In this document: one piece after another, positions 37,973 to 51,125 of the stretch
How the letters are laid out: each line of letters begins with the position of its first letter
Numbering within the stretch: position 1 is the first letter of the stretch
Origin: Octopus sinensis
Lineage: Eukaryota
Direction: 5' to 3'
Length of the DNA: 64,000 nucleotides
NCBI RefSeq assembly: GCF_006345805.1
Contig: NC_043000.1
Location: forward strand, 121,086,001-121,150,000
Program-made: the position numbers and the translations under genes
Notes under the pieces: model-generated
The model's input: only the letters and a program-made list of their open reading frames with translations
Database searches by the model: none
Told to the model about the DNA's origin: nothing

Positions 37973-39856
37973 ATGTAGAGCAGTGTTTTCTGTGAGGTAA
38001 TTCTGAAGAAAATTTCTTACTAAAACTTATGTACAAATATCAAAGTGAAATCAACCTAGCTGAAATTTCATAACTATTGAATATATTGACTGTTTAAAAT
38101 CGCAATCGTAAAAGCAAAATATTTACATTAGACTTAAAAGGTGCTGCTATATTAATGATAAGTATAGAGAAGATGTAAAAGCATAACATTCTAAGTTGTA
38201 ACTCAACATCAAATATTAGCATATTACCTGTTTGACCCTTGATATTAACTTTTACAACGTATGTCTTCATTTAGTTTTAGCTATTTATTGAGAAGAATGG
38301 ATATCAGAAGTTTATTAAATGAAGATATTGATACGAAATATCACTTGTGAATAGAATTTAAATGACAAACCGTGTGAGTATAATTTAAGAGAATGTATTC
38401 ATAAGATTCATATCTATTATTGTTCTATTCTCTTGAAAGTAAAGCAATTTATCTATTATTAGTGCGAGCTAGTTTATTAATCCAAAAACATTAGTTATTT
38501 AAATCGACAAATCAGTCACACAGATGATCTCTTATCAGAAACTTCAAGCTTCTATTTATTTGTATTAAAACAATACATGAATCTCTCAAGTTTAAATAAC
38601 ATACATACATGCATGCAAATACACACACATGAATATATACAACAGCCATATAGAAACAAATACAGACAGATGGCAGGAGGAAGAGATGATGTTAAATGAC
38701 GTTAAATGACAAGAAGGCATGTAAAATCTATTAATTTATGAATTATTATTAACTAATTACACAAACTTTATCGTTTGTCGTACAGATATTAGACAACAGC
38801 CATGCTTGGTACAGTGTTGAACGATTTCGTCCATCGAAAAAATCAACCCCTGTACTGATTGTTGTATAAAACTACTACTTATTCAACCATCCACTTTAGA
38901 AAGACGTACAAAAATCACCTCCAGTGGGCAACCGCCCCTCATATATATATATATATATATATAGCAATAAGAAAATGGAGGGGATCAAAGTTGGTATACA
39001 TCAATTTTTAGACATTATATTACGTCGATTTTTTTTAAAAAGACAATTATAACAATATACATACATGTATAAATATTATGCTTTACATATATAATATACG
39101 AGCAAAAAGCCCCCCGTCCAATGAACAGTGCTGAGTTTTCAAACATTTAAACCAAATTTTCGCAAAACAACTTGGTGCTGCCGTTGTTAGAGGTGCTGCA
39201 ATCATTACCGTTGCTGCTGTTACTGAAGGACATCACTTCTGCCTTGTAGACCACGCTGTTGGAGTTTTGGAGGCCCATTTAAGCTGCCACTAAATAATCA
39301 CAGGGTCTCTACTGGAATTCCTGATAGGTGCAACGTTACGTCATTGGGCAACTACATATGACGTTGAAAAGAAGGCGGACTACTATGCAATATTAAACGG
39401 AAGCTCATACCACTGCGTGGACCATACCTCAATGGGAACACACAACAAAAATTTTGCTTGGCTGAGAAGGAAATAGCCCCCCAAAAATTCACTTGATCTG
39501 GGCCCTTTCTTAGGTTCCAAAACTGAAATGCTCAGTCGCTGGCTTTATGGGAGAAAATTCATTCAGCGCACGTGGAACTGCCCGCTTGCGGACATTGATC
39601 GTACGTAAACTAAGCCTTTTTTTTTAACAAAGGGAGATAATTCCACATCATCCAGAAGAGGGTCTCGCTTCGAAGAATTTGGGTTCAGGGTCTTCATTTT
39701 TTTTTTTCCAAACTTGACGAGCAAGACTGTTCTAACCTGCATTACTAAGATGGTAAATGTCTCTTGCCAGCGGGTCTTGTGAGTTGTCTATATTGCAGAT
39801 AGCAAACATAGACGTGAAACGAATTGTAACTTTCTGACCGGTCATAACCGACGACA

Positions 39857-39887
<31 letters not shown>

Positions 39888-39977
39888 AAATCTTATATCT
39901 GTGTATCTACACATCTGTAAATCAATCAATGCGTCTATCTATCTATCTATGTATCTATCTATCGATCGGTCTATCTG

Positions 39978-40043
<66 letters not shown>

Positions 40044-40599
40044 CACACAAACTCACGCAAACTCACGGAAACACACAAACTATATATATATATATATATA
40101 TATTCATATATATGAGTGTATATAATCAGTCTAATACAGCTGTGTGTGTGTGTGTGTTTGTGTGTCTATGTTTGCCCCTGTATCTCTGTCTAGATATATG
40201 CGCACTATAACATTAAACACTTGCGTATACGCTTAAGTATTTGCACATGGTGAAAACGTCGTCCTCCGTTGATTGAGTGATGATGTGTATCGATATTATT
40301 GAAGGAAATGTACGTTCATAAACCTCGCTGTGGCTGCTTTCAGTGTAAATATATCTATCATAAATGGTGATAAATATAAATAGTTAATCAATTATCATTT
40401 CATTTTGTGCTTTCTCAATAAAGAGGAAATTATTTTTTTTTCACTCGTTGGAGTTATTCGCATTCATGCATTGAGCTATTGAAGCCTTTTTCAATGAAAA
40501 ACGAATACACAACAGACAATTACATATCACGTGCATTTTTGTGTGCAAATTTTTATGTTTACGGATGCGCGCACAAAAGGCCGCTTCGCTCACACATGA

Positions 40600-40682
40600 G
40601 TGCCTACATACACACACGCTTGTATAAACATATATATACGTATACATATATATATATATATATATGAATATACACATATACG

Positions 40683-40716
<34 letters not shown>

Positions 40717-41020
40717 GAATATACACATATACGTATATATATATATATATATATGAATACACATATACGTATATATATATATGAATATACACATATACGT
40801 ATATATATATATATATATATATATATGAATATACACATATACGTATATATATATATATATATTATATATATATATATACACATATATATATATATACACA
40901 TATATATATATATAATATATATATATATATACACATATATATATATATACACATACATATAATATATATATATATATACACATATATATATATATACACA
41001 TATATATATATACACATACA

Positions 41021-41054
<34 letters not shown>

Positions 41055-41130
41055 CACACATATATATATACATATATTTATATACATATACATATATTTA
41101 TATACATATACATATATTTATATATACATA
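40600..41130. repeat. Compound (TA)n-derived minisatellites
   Basis: (TA)nTGAATATACACATATACG about 5 times, then (TA)nCACA units and TATATACATATACATATATT three times. Confidence 0.9.
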
Positions 41131-41175
41131 TACATATATATACAAATACATATATACATATATATATATACATAT

Positions 41176-41208
<33 letters not shown>

Positions 41209-41319
41209 CATATATATACATATACAAATATATACATATGTATATATATATATTTACGTTCACGGATGCGCACACAAAAGCTGCATTAATCACACATGCA
41301 CACATACATACACACATAG

Positions 41320-41388
<69 letters not shown>

Positions 41389-42124
41389 GATAAAGTATAT
41401 TAAGAGATACGGCGAATGATAGAGATAACGATGCGCAAAACACTTTTGCTATCAACAAGAGTAATTACTTGTAGATTGACATACGCACACACACACTCAC
41501 ACACACATACATACAGCTCCATATAGACATAAATACATATAAATACTTAAGTATATTTGTCATTTTATTTGCTTTACTCTATTACAGTTTTTCCCAAATC
41601 CTCGCTTCTCCTTTAAAAGGAAGCAGAAAATTTTGATTGAAGTCATATTTAAAAGAAGAAAAAAGTGTTTTAATAAATATGTAATGATCTAGAAAATTAA
41701 TAATGGGAAATTTTATGAACCATAGAATTTTAATCTAATTGAACGATTTTGTATATTGCAAATTAAAATCAATAAAAATTTATATGATAATAGCTGCTAT
41801 GCTTATATAAATAAACAAATAGGACTCTGAATATGAATTTATAGGGAGTTAAAGGGATAGCCTTATAGGAGTATAGTGAAATCAATTCCATGGGATTTCA
41901 AAAGCCGCCTGTCTTAAATATGAACGTATCTGAGCAATATCTAATACATGTGAATAATTACATTCGCTAACAGAATCAATCCTGACTAAGATTTTCATTT
42001 ATACTACATTCGTTTTAATTTAGATATTACACCTTTCTGTATATTCCTCTTATAAGATATTACTTACGTTTGAAAATAGAAAGATGGCTGCTGATTTGTA
42101 CGCCTAATTATTATTATTTATTTT

Positions 42125-42550
42125 GGATCTTTTCGGTTAGAACGGCAGATTTTAAAATGATTTTCACTTAACTAAACACTTTTAAACTTCGTATACTTGT
42201 AGAATGTGTTTATAAAACATCTTTTTCTCTTGGCTTTGTTGAGAAACTTCTATAGTTTGTAAGATATTTGTTGTTTTTTGCTTCAAATTCTGCAATTTCA
42301 ACTAATCAATGACGTCTATTAAAGTAAAAACATTCTGTGCCGTATGAATATGTCCCTCGTTTAAGATACAGATTGGGTTTATTTACATTTGTGAAGAAAA
42401 AAAGATACCCTTCCTCCCACCCTTAACCCTAACTAACCCTAACCCTAAAACAGATTGAAATGCAATAGATCGATACTAGGGTCATAATTATGGGTGACAA
42501 TTTCATATGACACCGCTAGAAAAAAACTGCCGTTCAAACTGAAAATATCC
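42125..42550. mobile_element. TIR MITE with internal (CCCTAA)-like tract, copy 1
   Basis: TIR GGATCTTTTCGGTTAGAACGGCAG / CTGCCGTTCAAACTGAAAATATCC; homologous and inverted relative to 53587-54005. Confidence 0.88.
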
Positions 42551-43565
42551 TTTTCGTTTATCCTACCTTCGTTTTAATTTAGCTATTACACCTTTCTGTA
42601 TATTTCTCTTATAAGATATTTCTTACGTTTGAAGATGGTAAGATGGCTGCTGATTTGTACGCCTAATTGCTATTATTTATTTTCGTTCTTTACATACTGT
42701 TTACGTAAGGAACTACACTTGTCTCTTTATTACTTGTTCGACAAGTCTCTGGTCTTGGAATAGTATTTACTTTATAATACGATAGTTATGACACCGATCA
42801 TAACTGACTTTTCAATTTCTATGCTCAGCGAGACCCAACTACAGTTCCATCACATGCAATCAAAACATATCTTCTATTTAATATTAGTATTTGAAGACGG
42901 CTTTGCAAGTGAAATATGTCAACCATTTCGAACTAATATCTGTGCCAAAAATAATAAATCTACGTTATGAGATTCACTATGGCATGTGCTGTAGAGGAGA
43001 AATAAATTGGTTCTGGCGAGAATCCACGATTTTATTTCAATGGACAATGTGACTTGTAATACTCATATTTTATCTCATTAGTTTTCGAGTTCAAATCCCG
43101 TTGGAATCAATTGCACCTCTCATACTTTAAGTGTGATAAGAATAATTACCTATAAAATAGGGGCCTTGATTAAACGGACGACACCGCAACATATGTATTT
43201 GTGCCAGCATTTCCAGTAATGAATTTATCGATACAATATGGCTGAGTGTTTAAGACACACATTTCGCAGTTGTAAAGTCTCGGGTTAGACCTCACCACCT
43301 GGCGTCTTCGGGATACGTGCAGTTCATTATATCCTAGATTCAAATCACTATATTGGGATCCATAAAATATAGTATCAGTCAGTTTCGTCTAAGCCCCTCT
43401 CCTAAAAAAGCGGTTGGCTTTGTTCCTAGTTTTGAAACAGTTATTAAGAATATGCCGGGAGCGGTAATCTGGCTGCATCGTTACCACGTCTGATACAATG
43501 CTTTGTGTTATTTATTCCACAGCTAAATGGCAAGCAATTATTATGAGGGTTATGGAACGAAAGAA

Positions 43566-43795
43566 GACGGTGAGCTGGCTGTAACGTTAGCACGCCGGGC
43601 GAAATGCTTTGTGGTATTTCGTCCACCGTTACGTTCTGAGTTCAAATTCCTCTGAGGTCGACTTTGCCTTTCATCCTTTCGGGGTCGATTAAATAAATAC
43701 CAGTTACGCATTGGGTCGATATAATCGACTTAATCCGTTTGTCTGTCCTTGTTTGTTCTCTCTGTGTTTAGCACCTTGTGGGTAGTAAAGATATA
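43566..43795 (+). mobile_element. SINE family B monomer (alpha)
   Basis: 18-bp TSD GGTTATGGAACGAAAGAA at 43548-43565 and 43796-43813. Confidence 0.92.
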
Positions 43796-45589
43796 GGTTA
43801 TGGAACGAAAGAATAGTTAGACTGCCAAAACCAAACCAAAACAAAAAAAATATGGAATTGGTTACGGATTTTAGGATCTGATTTCAAATTCACCCGAGGT
43901 CAGCTCTGTCGTTCATCCTTTCGGTTTCAATGAATTATAGTACCAGTATTTAACTAGGTTCGGCAGACCTCTAACACACAAACTTTTTGGACTTTTATGC
44001 AAAAACCGATATAGTTATTGTTCGGAAAGTCCTTAGCACAGAACAAAATTCTTCGGGATATATTTCCTGGCTCCTTAAATTCAGTGTACAGATGTAGCTA
44101 AGGTGTCAACTTAGATTCTTATTCTTTCGGGCACGACAAATTAGAATATACAACTTTCTAGAAAATTAGGTATACATTGCTTGATATTGGTGGAATGTTA
44201 TTTTTGTTTCTTAATTTCTGTTTTATTAAGCAACTTTTTCCCCTCACCTGTATGTAAAATGGGTAGTGTTTTTATTTTATACATATATTCTATATTTTAT
44301 AGATACCGAAAGCCTGGCACTATGACATGTATTGTATGTGATGGGCAGACTTACATGCATAGCTAATTTAATCCACTAGGTCCACAAAAATGTTTGGCGC
44401 TCTGTCCACGTTGGAAACAATGATTACAAATGTACTTATATAATACGCTTCAAGTCTGGAAGGCATATATAGCCTGATATTTAGACTGTTGGCTTTCTCT
44501 TCGGAATGCAGTGTCTTTTTCTCTTGAATAGGCCGACGCGCTTTATTCTTGAGAATGGGACTATATTTCATTATCTTGTTATGGAATTGGTTGCTATCTC
44601 TGCGAATTGCACTGTCTATTTCTCTTGAATAGGCTGTCGTCTTTTATTTTTGAGAAGGGGACTATATTTCATTATCTTATCTATTCAGCTGAAATTGATT
44701 ACGCTCCAGCAGTCACAACCGTAAGAAGAGGAACATAAAGATGTTTTGAACTGTGATGGCACGTGAAAAAATTAACGACAGCAAGTATCATATTACAAAG
44801 CCATACTCGCTTACGAGTGACATCTATAGTTCCTGTTATGTTTGTTTTCAGTTTCGATTAGTCAATTTTATTATTGCCATCGCTGTCGTTCTCGCTGGTG
44901 AAGTTTACGATATGATTGCTTTGGTGCTGTTGGTCTTCTTTTGAATTATATATCATTACTATTATTGTCGATAGAGTTTGTTATTTAGCTCAGGTTATCC
45001 ATGAGAGATTACATCTAAGATCCATGTTAAACATACCACAATCACCTCGTCATTTTAGTGTCATGTAGAATTACGTTACTTAATTTGAAGTGTCCTTATT
45101 TAAGAAGATAGCGTGCGGTTTGAGTTGGTTTACATGACTCGTCTTGTGTCTCAATACAAGCTTTCTCGTAAACATATTAGCGTTGTTGTTGTTGTAGTAG
45201 TTACGATTGATGCCCATGTAGTTGTCTATCGGTAGCTATCGGAATATGAAACAGCGTCATTTGAGATGTTGCTCTAAGCCCTGTATTTTATCATTTCGAA
45301 ATTGTTTGATAGGATTATGATGTAGTGCGTTCAGCGTATTGTCTGGTGGTGGTCGTGAAGGATATTAAGTAAGAATACGGTGCTATATTAATGTAATCTT
45401 TGAAGGTAATCGGGATTGTGTGGAAGGAAATGATGAGAATACAGAACGAATAGTCATAAGTGAGACGAGAGTAGATATTTTGATGCAAACGAAAGGGAAG
45501 AAATTAAGAAAGAGAAAACAGAGAATAAGAAGGAACGAGAAAACTGTGAGAGAGAGGTTTTTTTTAATCTTTTATCTTTTGTTTCAACC

Positions 45590-45840
45590 ATTCGACTGTA
45601 GCCATGCTGGGGCACCTCATTGAAGAATGATTGTCCAGTGAATCGCTTCCAGTACTTATAGTTTAAGCCCGGTACTTATTTAGCGGTCTCCTTTGACGAA
45701 CCGCTAAGTTACAGATTAAAGATAGCACCGGTTGACAAGCGGTCTTGGGGTGAGGTACAGACACGAAGACACACATACACACGCGCGCGCGCACATACAT
45801 ATGATGGGCCTTTTCGGTTTCCGTCCACCAAATCCAAAAT
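45590..45840 (-). mobile_element. SINE family A, diverged partial copy
   Basis: TTTCAACCATTCGACTGTAGCCATGCTGG...GAACCGCTAAGTTAC...GGTTGACAAGCG...TTTTCGGTTTCCGTCCACCAAATCC. Confidence 0.75.
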
Positions 45841-46130
45841 ACTAATTAAAAAAGTCTGGCCCCGAGAAAGTTCGAGCTGCTTAAATTCCGAATATTCCAA
45901 AAGCTCATTAAATTTGAGGAATAAATCGAAGGTCCCGAGAACGTCTAAAAACTGTGCTTTTATGTTACAGAACCAATGGAAAATGGCCGACGAAGCAAGA
46001 GAAACGTTTTAGAGAAGAGCGTACAGCAAAAAGGAAGCAAATGCTTAAAATATATAAGTGTGGTTGTGCTAGCGGATGTCAGGACGCTGTCTATTCAGTA
46101 TCAGGAACGGAAGTATCTGAACTACAACTA

Positions 46131-46773
46131 CGAGGGGTGAGTCAAAATGTAATGCCATTTTGTTTAGGACAGGTATAATTACCGACAAAGCAACATGTAT
46201 CATACATCAAAATGAAGCTGGTCCTCTATGGATCACATCCCTAATTCTCAACATGGCTACAGTCGAATGGTTGAAACAAAAGATAAAAGATTAAAAAAAA
46301 CCTCTCTCTCACATTTTTCTCGTTCCCTCTTATTCTCAACATAGTCACATTTTCTCTCAGTAGTAATGTTCCACCTTCGAATGAGAGCATGTATTCCTGC
46401 CCCGTAAAATTCTGTTGACTGTTCTTTGAGCCACTTCTTCACTACAGTTTTCACTTCCTCGTCACTGAAATAATGTTTGCCTCTCAAACCCTCTTTTGTG
46501 GCGCCGAAAAGATGATAGTCTGAAGGCTCTAAATCTGGTGAGTGTGGAGGTAGTGAAGAAGTGGCTCAAAGAACAGTCAACAGAATTTTACGGGGCAGGG
46601 ATACATGCTCTCATTCGAAGGTGGAATATTGCTATTGAGAGAAACGGTGACTATGTTAAGAAGTAGAACGTAATCCACAGAGGACCAGTTTCATTTGATG
46701 TATGATACATGTACCTGTGTTAGTAATTATTCCTGTCCCAAACAAAATGGCATTATTTTTTGACTCACCCTCG
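46131..46773. mobile_element. Fold-back mariner (DD34D-type) derivative made of two inverted 3' ends
   Basis: TA TSDs at 46129-30 and 46774-5; TIR CGAGGG(G)TGAGTCAAAA. Minus strand encodes PHSPDLEPSDYHLF...RGKHYFSDEEVKTVVKKWLKEQ...DYVE, and the plus strand repeats VVKKWLKEQ...GDYVKK*. Confidence 0.88.
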
Positions 46774-47859
46774 TAACTTACGTGGAATGTGGGATATGAA
46801 AAAAGTGGTGAGTAAATTGTGCAAATAAAAACGATTGAGAACGTTTCCATGTCTATTTTGGTGTTATACGTTCTGATTCGCACAATATATAGGACCAAAA
46901 AGAACAGGGAAATGTGTGTGTGTTACGACTATGTTTATATGCGTGTCAGGGTGCCGGGTTATATATTTTTTTTGTCGATGTGTTAGGTAAATGGATGTGT
47001 GTATATGCGTATGCCTGCATGCGTATAAAAGTGAAAGATATGCTTCTGTATTGGATGTGATGTAAGCGCGTAGGCGTATGTACTTATGGGGAAGCTGGTA
47101 GTTAGTGTAGACGAAGGTTATGTGTGTATCTGTGCAAATGTAGCTGAAACTTTAAGTAACGTAACGCTCAGCTGAGTCAACACCAACAATACAAACAGAG
47201 ATTTTCTGGGCAAAAAAATTCATAAATTTAAAAAGAAAAAAAGGGAAGAAAGAGTAGGAGAACAGCACTGCTTCGTCTCCACGGACAGCACTAAGAAGAA
47301 TCCTTCCCTTTTACTGAAAACGTTCATATACCATCGTTTACCATTATTTAGAACATATTTATGTCTAGTTTGTTATTTATTCTATCGATATAATAACACA
47401 TTGTGTACTTATCGTTCCAGCTTTACCAGTTAGAGCGAGGGAAGAAGACAACTTCCATGATTGCCAGAGTGCTTTGAATTCACGCAAAAAATAAGAAAAG
47501 ATCGTAGTTTGTTATCTTATTGCAGCATCTGCGCATCTTTATAATCATTAGGCATGTATCTGCTGATAATTAATAAGTGCAATATCATAATTTTTATGTG
47601 AGTTCTCTGATGTGCTATCTCGTAGTCTGTCAACGTTTTCATATTTTCGTTTTGTAAGCAGTGTAAATCTTTGTAGTACTACAAGACGCTATTTCCTTGA
47701 AGCTGAAATTAGCTGACTAGGTGTACGTAGTGCATCTTGGCTACGTAACATCACCATCATCACCACCACCAGCTTTAACATCACCATCACAACTACCATC
47801 CTCACCACCACCATGAACATCAAAATCGTCGTCTTCGTCATTATCATTTTCGTCATTCT

Positions 47860-48620
47860 AAGGAAGCTTTGTTTTAGAGGACTCCTTAAATTTCAACAAG
47901 TCTATCGAGGATACTTTGACTACATACACTATAATACTTCAACTGATATTTATTTTCAAGTCTTTCTCCATCAGTTTTGGTATTAATTCCCAGCGCCTCT
48001 ACGACAAAAGATAATTGAGACACTTTGATGTTCCATAATGTTTGTAACTCCCCAGCTAAATACAAGTACATATGGGTATTTGCCTTTTCGTTTAGGTAAA
48101 ATCAATTAACTTGCATATATTCTTTTTCCGATCAATCAGTATTAAATCAGCTCTGTCCACTTCGATAGATTAGTCTGTTTAAATTGAAAATTCCCACAAG
48201 GTTTTACTTTAGTAATTTTACATTCTTTCAGTTGATGTTCAACCCATTTCTCATTTGCTTTCACGTCATACATCTTAAATTTTTCAATGTATTTCATTCT
48301 GCATCCAATCAATTGTCTCTTCTAATCTCACAGGGCGTCTTTAGCATATTCTTTCGGCAATAGATAATGGCCATGTCTCTGTTTCTACACATCATACATT
48401 TGCCATGTTGAAGAAGGGCTATTTTTCTTTACTCGATTTATGTAGCTATGATCATCCGTTATTGCTTTTGCTACGCCCTGAACACAATCTCATTTCCAAG
48501 TTTAACTATCTGAAGTTCGATACATTTGACAAAACTATTGTGTCCTTTGTTATTAGTAACAACTAGAAGAAATTCCTTCTTTTTCCACTTAAAAAGGTAG
48601 AGCTTTTCTCAGGGAAAACC
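47860..48620 (-). mobile_element. R4/Dong-clade LINE 3' remnant (restriction-like endonuclease end)
   Basis: YLYLAGELQTLWNIKV..FVVEALGI (ORF 47886-48071) matches the R4 C-terminal KY.DL..E..RLW...P.V.GALG pattern; upstream GKCMMC. Ends at degenerate (CAT)n 47750-47855. Confidence 0.65.
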
Positions 48621-49467
48621 GATGTCATCAGCGGACGCTATCCAACCATCCTCGGGTGTTTGGACCCTGAACAGTTACACCTTTCCATCGCTGAGCAGAC
48701 CTCACCAAATCTCATCTCCTCCTGCTTCGAGTTTAATGCCTCTTTCTTGCTCCGTGATCAGCAATAGGCTCTATGTACTTCCTTTCACAAGATTCTATGA
48801 TCCACTTACCCAACCACGCATTTGAGTTACTATAGTATAGGGATTAATGTAGCGAGCTAGCAGAACCATTGGTATTCAGGAAAAATGATTTGCGGGCATT
48901 TCTTCCAACTCATTCCATTTGGGGTTCAAACTCCGTCGCGATCAACTTTGCCGTTCATCCTTTTTGGATAGATGAAATAAAGTACTAGTCAAGTACTGGA
49001 GTAGATGCAGTAAACATGTAACCTCGAAATTATTGGCCATGAATACTGTAACGGATAGAAATCGTGTTAAAGAGAACGTTAAGATCTCGGTTACTCTTTG
49101 AAGATCGTGTAACAGTTTTTATTCGTCTTAGAAGTCAAGAAATACTTTTTTAAATTACGGGTTAAGGTAAGTAAATTTTAGATATAATATTAATCAATAG
49201 TAGTTAATAGAATAATGAGCATTTGACAACAACATACTCGAATGAAGCAGTCGTCGATCCCCTACATCTGGTGACACTGGCTACAGATCTCATCTCGACA
49301 AATATTCTGGACAGAATGCAAACAATCCACATCACCTTGTCCATTGTCACATCGACGAAGCCTATACCGTCAAGGGCGTACCTCAAAGTAGCTCATTACT
49401 TTGATATTTTCAGTCTCTTCGCATTATTCTTTTGCAAAATACTGTAAATTGATTCAATATATTTGAA

Positions 49468-49870
49468 CTTAAAGGCGGCGAGCTGGCAGAATCGTTAGCA
49501 CGCCAGACGAAATGCTTAGCGTATTTTGTCTGCAGCTACGTTCTGAGTTCAAATTCCGTCGAGGTCAACTTTGCCTTTCATCATTTCGGGGTCGATTAAA
49601 TAAGTACCAGTTACGCACTAGAGTCGATATAATCGACTTAATCCGTGTGTCTGTCCTTGTTTGTCCTCTCTGTGTTTAGCCCCTTGTGGGTAGTAAAGAA
49701 ATAGGTATTTCGTATTTTACCATCTGAATTCAAATTCCGCCAAGGTCGACTTTGCATTTCATCATTTCGGTGTTGATAATTTAAATACCAGTTATGTACT
49801 GGGGTCGATCTAATCGACTAGCCCCCCCCTCCCTAAAATTTCGGGCCTTGTGCCTAGAGTAGAAAATAAC
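49468..49870 (+). mobile_element. SINE family B dimer (alpha-beta)
   Basis: 9-bp TSD ATATTTGAA at 49459-49467 and 49871-49879. Confidence 0.9.
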
Positions 49871-50192
49871 ATATTTGAATTTCTTGAACGTATCTCAACA
49901 AACACACATCTCAGTCAACAGACCAGATCTTATATCATAAAGAGTATCTAAGATATAGAAATTTTCCTAATTCTGGTCTCAAAATACTTATAATTCGCTT
50001 GTCCACTTCATTTTACATAAATTATTTGTCTACGCGACAAATAATTTATTCTGCTACATTGATATAATCTACAAGATATGAAAGTAAAATTTATGTAGCG
50101 CAGTAAGAAATGTATTGACAAATGACAACCAGCTTTCAGGTGTCGGGTCCTTCAAATTGAATCCTTTTTAGAGAAAAGTGTAAATGTTTATT

Positions 50193-50465
50193 TACATTAT
50201 TTACACAAACTTATATTTGTCCTCATCTTGTTTGTTGTTAACAGAACGTTTCCGCTGATACACTCTCCAGCCTTCATCAGGTGTCTTAGGGAAATTTCGA
50301 ACCTGGGTTCACATTCCTAAGGTATTTTTCAATGTTATTATTATCAGTATTACTGTTTCATGTCACTGCTTGGAATCGAACTCGAAATCGTGGTGTTAGT
50401 AGCCCGAGCTCTTAACCACTACACCATATGCGTAGGACAAATATCCGTCAAATGTAAATAATGTA
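50193..50465 (-). mobile_element. tRNA-headed, hammerhead-bearing short retroelement with inverted tail copy
   Basis: Minus strand: tRNA-like head 50431-50362 (TGGTGTAGTGG A-box, GAGTTCGATTCC B-box), AAT-rich spacer, HHR motif 50285-50240, tail to 50193. The tail recurs on the plus strand at 50434-50465. Confidence 0.75.
50240..50285 (-). ncRNA. Type I minimal hammerhead ribozyme motif, degenerate copy
   Basis: GACAC-CTGATGA-A-GGCTG..CAGCG-GAAA-CG-TT-CTGTT. The catalytic core is intact, with one mismatch at the base of stem I and one at the base of stem II. Confidence 0.65.
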
Positions 50466-50807
50466 CATAATTCCTCAACTCTTAAATATGGATGTGAAGT
50501 GTAAATCATTTTTGTTTTTTTATATATATACATATATAATATCTGTTTGCTGTAGAATCTAAATCTAGACTAAATCTAAATTGATAGAAAATTTCCTTTA
50601 ATTAGTTTCCTTATGAATCTCGACTTCTACCCCTGAAATTCAATAAAGAGTGATCAACATTATTTTTATTTTTATGGCAGTATATTGTCTTTAGTTTTTT
50701 TTTTATGGATATATCATTCTTATTCTGTAGTCTCTCGCTATAGTTCGTTAAGCTTCACAGCTTTCTGTCTTTCACTCTCTCTCTCTCCATAATGTTCTCT
50801 AGTTGTG

Positions 50808-51125
50808 AGGGTTAGTAGTTAGGGTATCGGCTCACATTCGCCTTAAGATTGTAGGTTCGATTGCCGACGGCCCGTTGTGTTCTTGAGCAAGACACCTTAC
50901 TTCCCGTTGCTGTAGTGCCCTCAGCTGGCAAAAATGTGTAGCACATGTATTTCAGAGAACGAGCATTTTCACACTCTGTGTCATGCTGATTCTCCCTGAG
51001 AACTACGTGAAAGGTACTCGTACCTGTGGAGTGCTTAGCCACTTGCACGTTCATATCCCGAGCAGGCTCTTCTCTTGGTTGGATCAACTGGACCCCACAT
51101 CGTCGTAACCGACGGAGTACCAGTT
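50808..51125 (+). mobile_element. tRNA-derived SINE (distinct family), diverged
   Basis: TAGTAGTTAGGG..GGTTCGATTGCC head followed by TGTGTTCTTGAGCAAGACACC body. Confidence 0.65.

Noticed and set aside
38920-39870. GC-richer unique-looking segment, possibly a DNA-transposon remnant or exon
   Set aside because: No termini, TSD or interpretable translation found by eye.
48600-48640. CTGATGA...GAAA on the minus strand
   Set aside because: No G-C closing pair of stem II and no stem I complementarity; chance match.
50362-50431. Stand-alone tRNA gene
   Set aside because: The acceptor stem does not pair cleanly and the sequence is embedded in a repeat, so it is treated as a SINE head. The same applies to the other tRNA-like heads.
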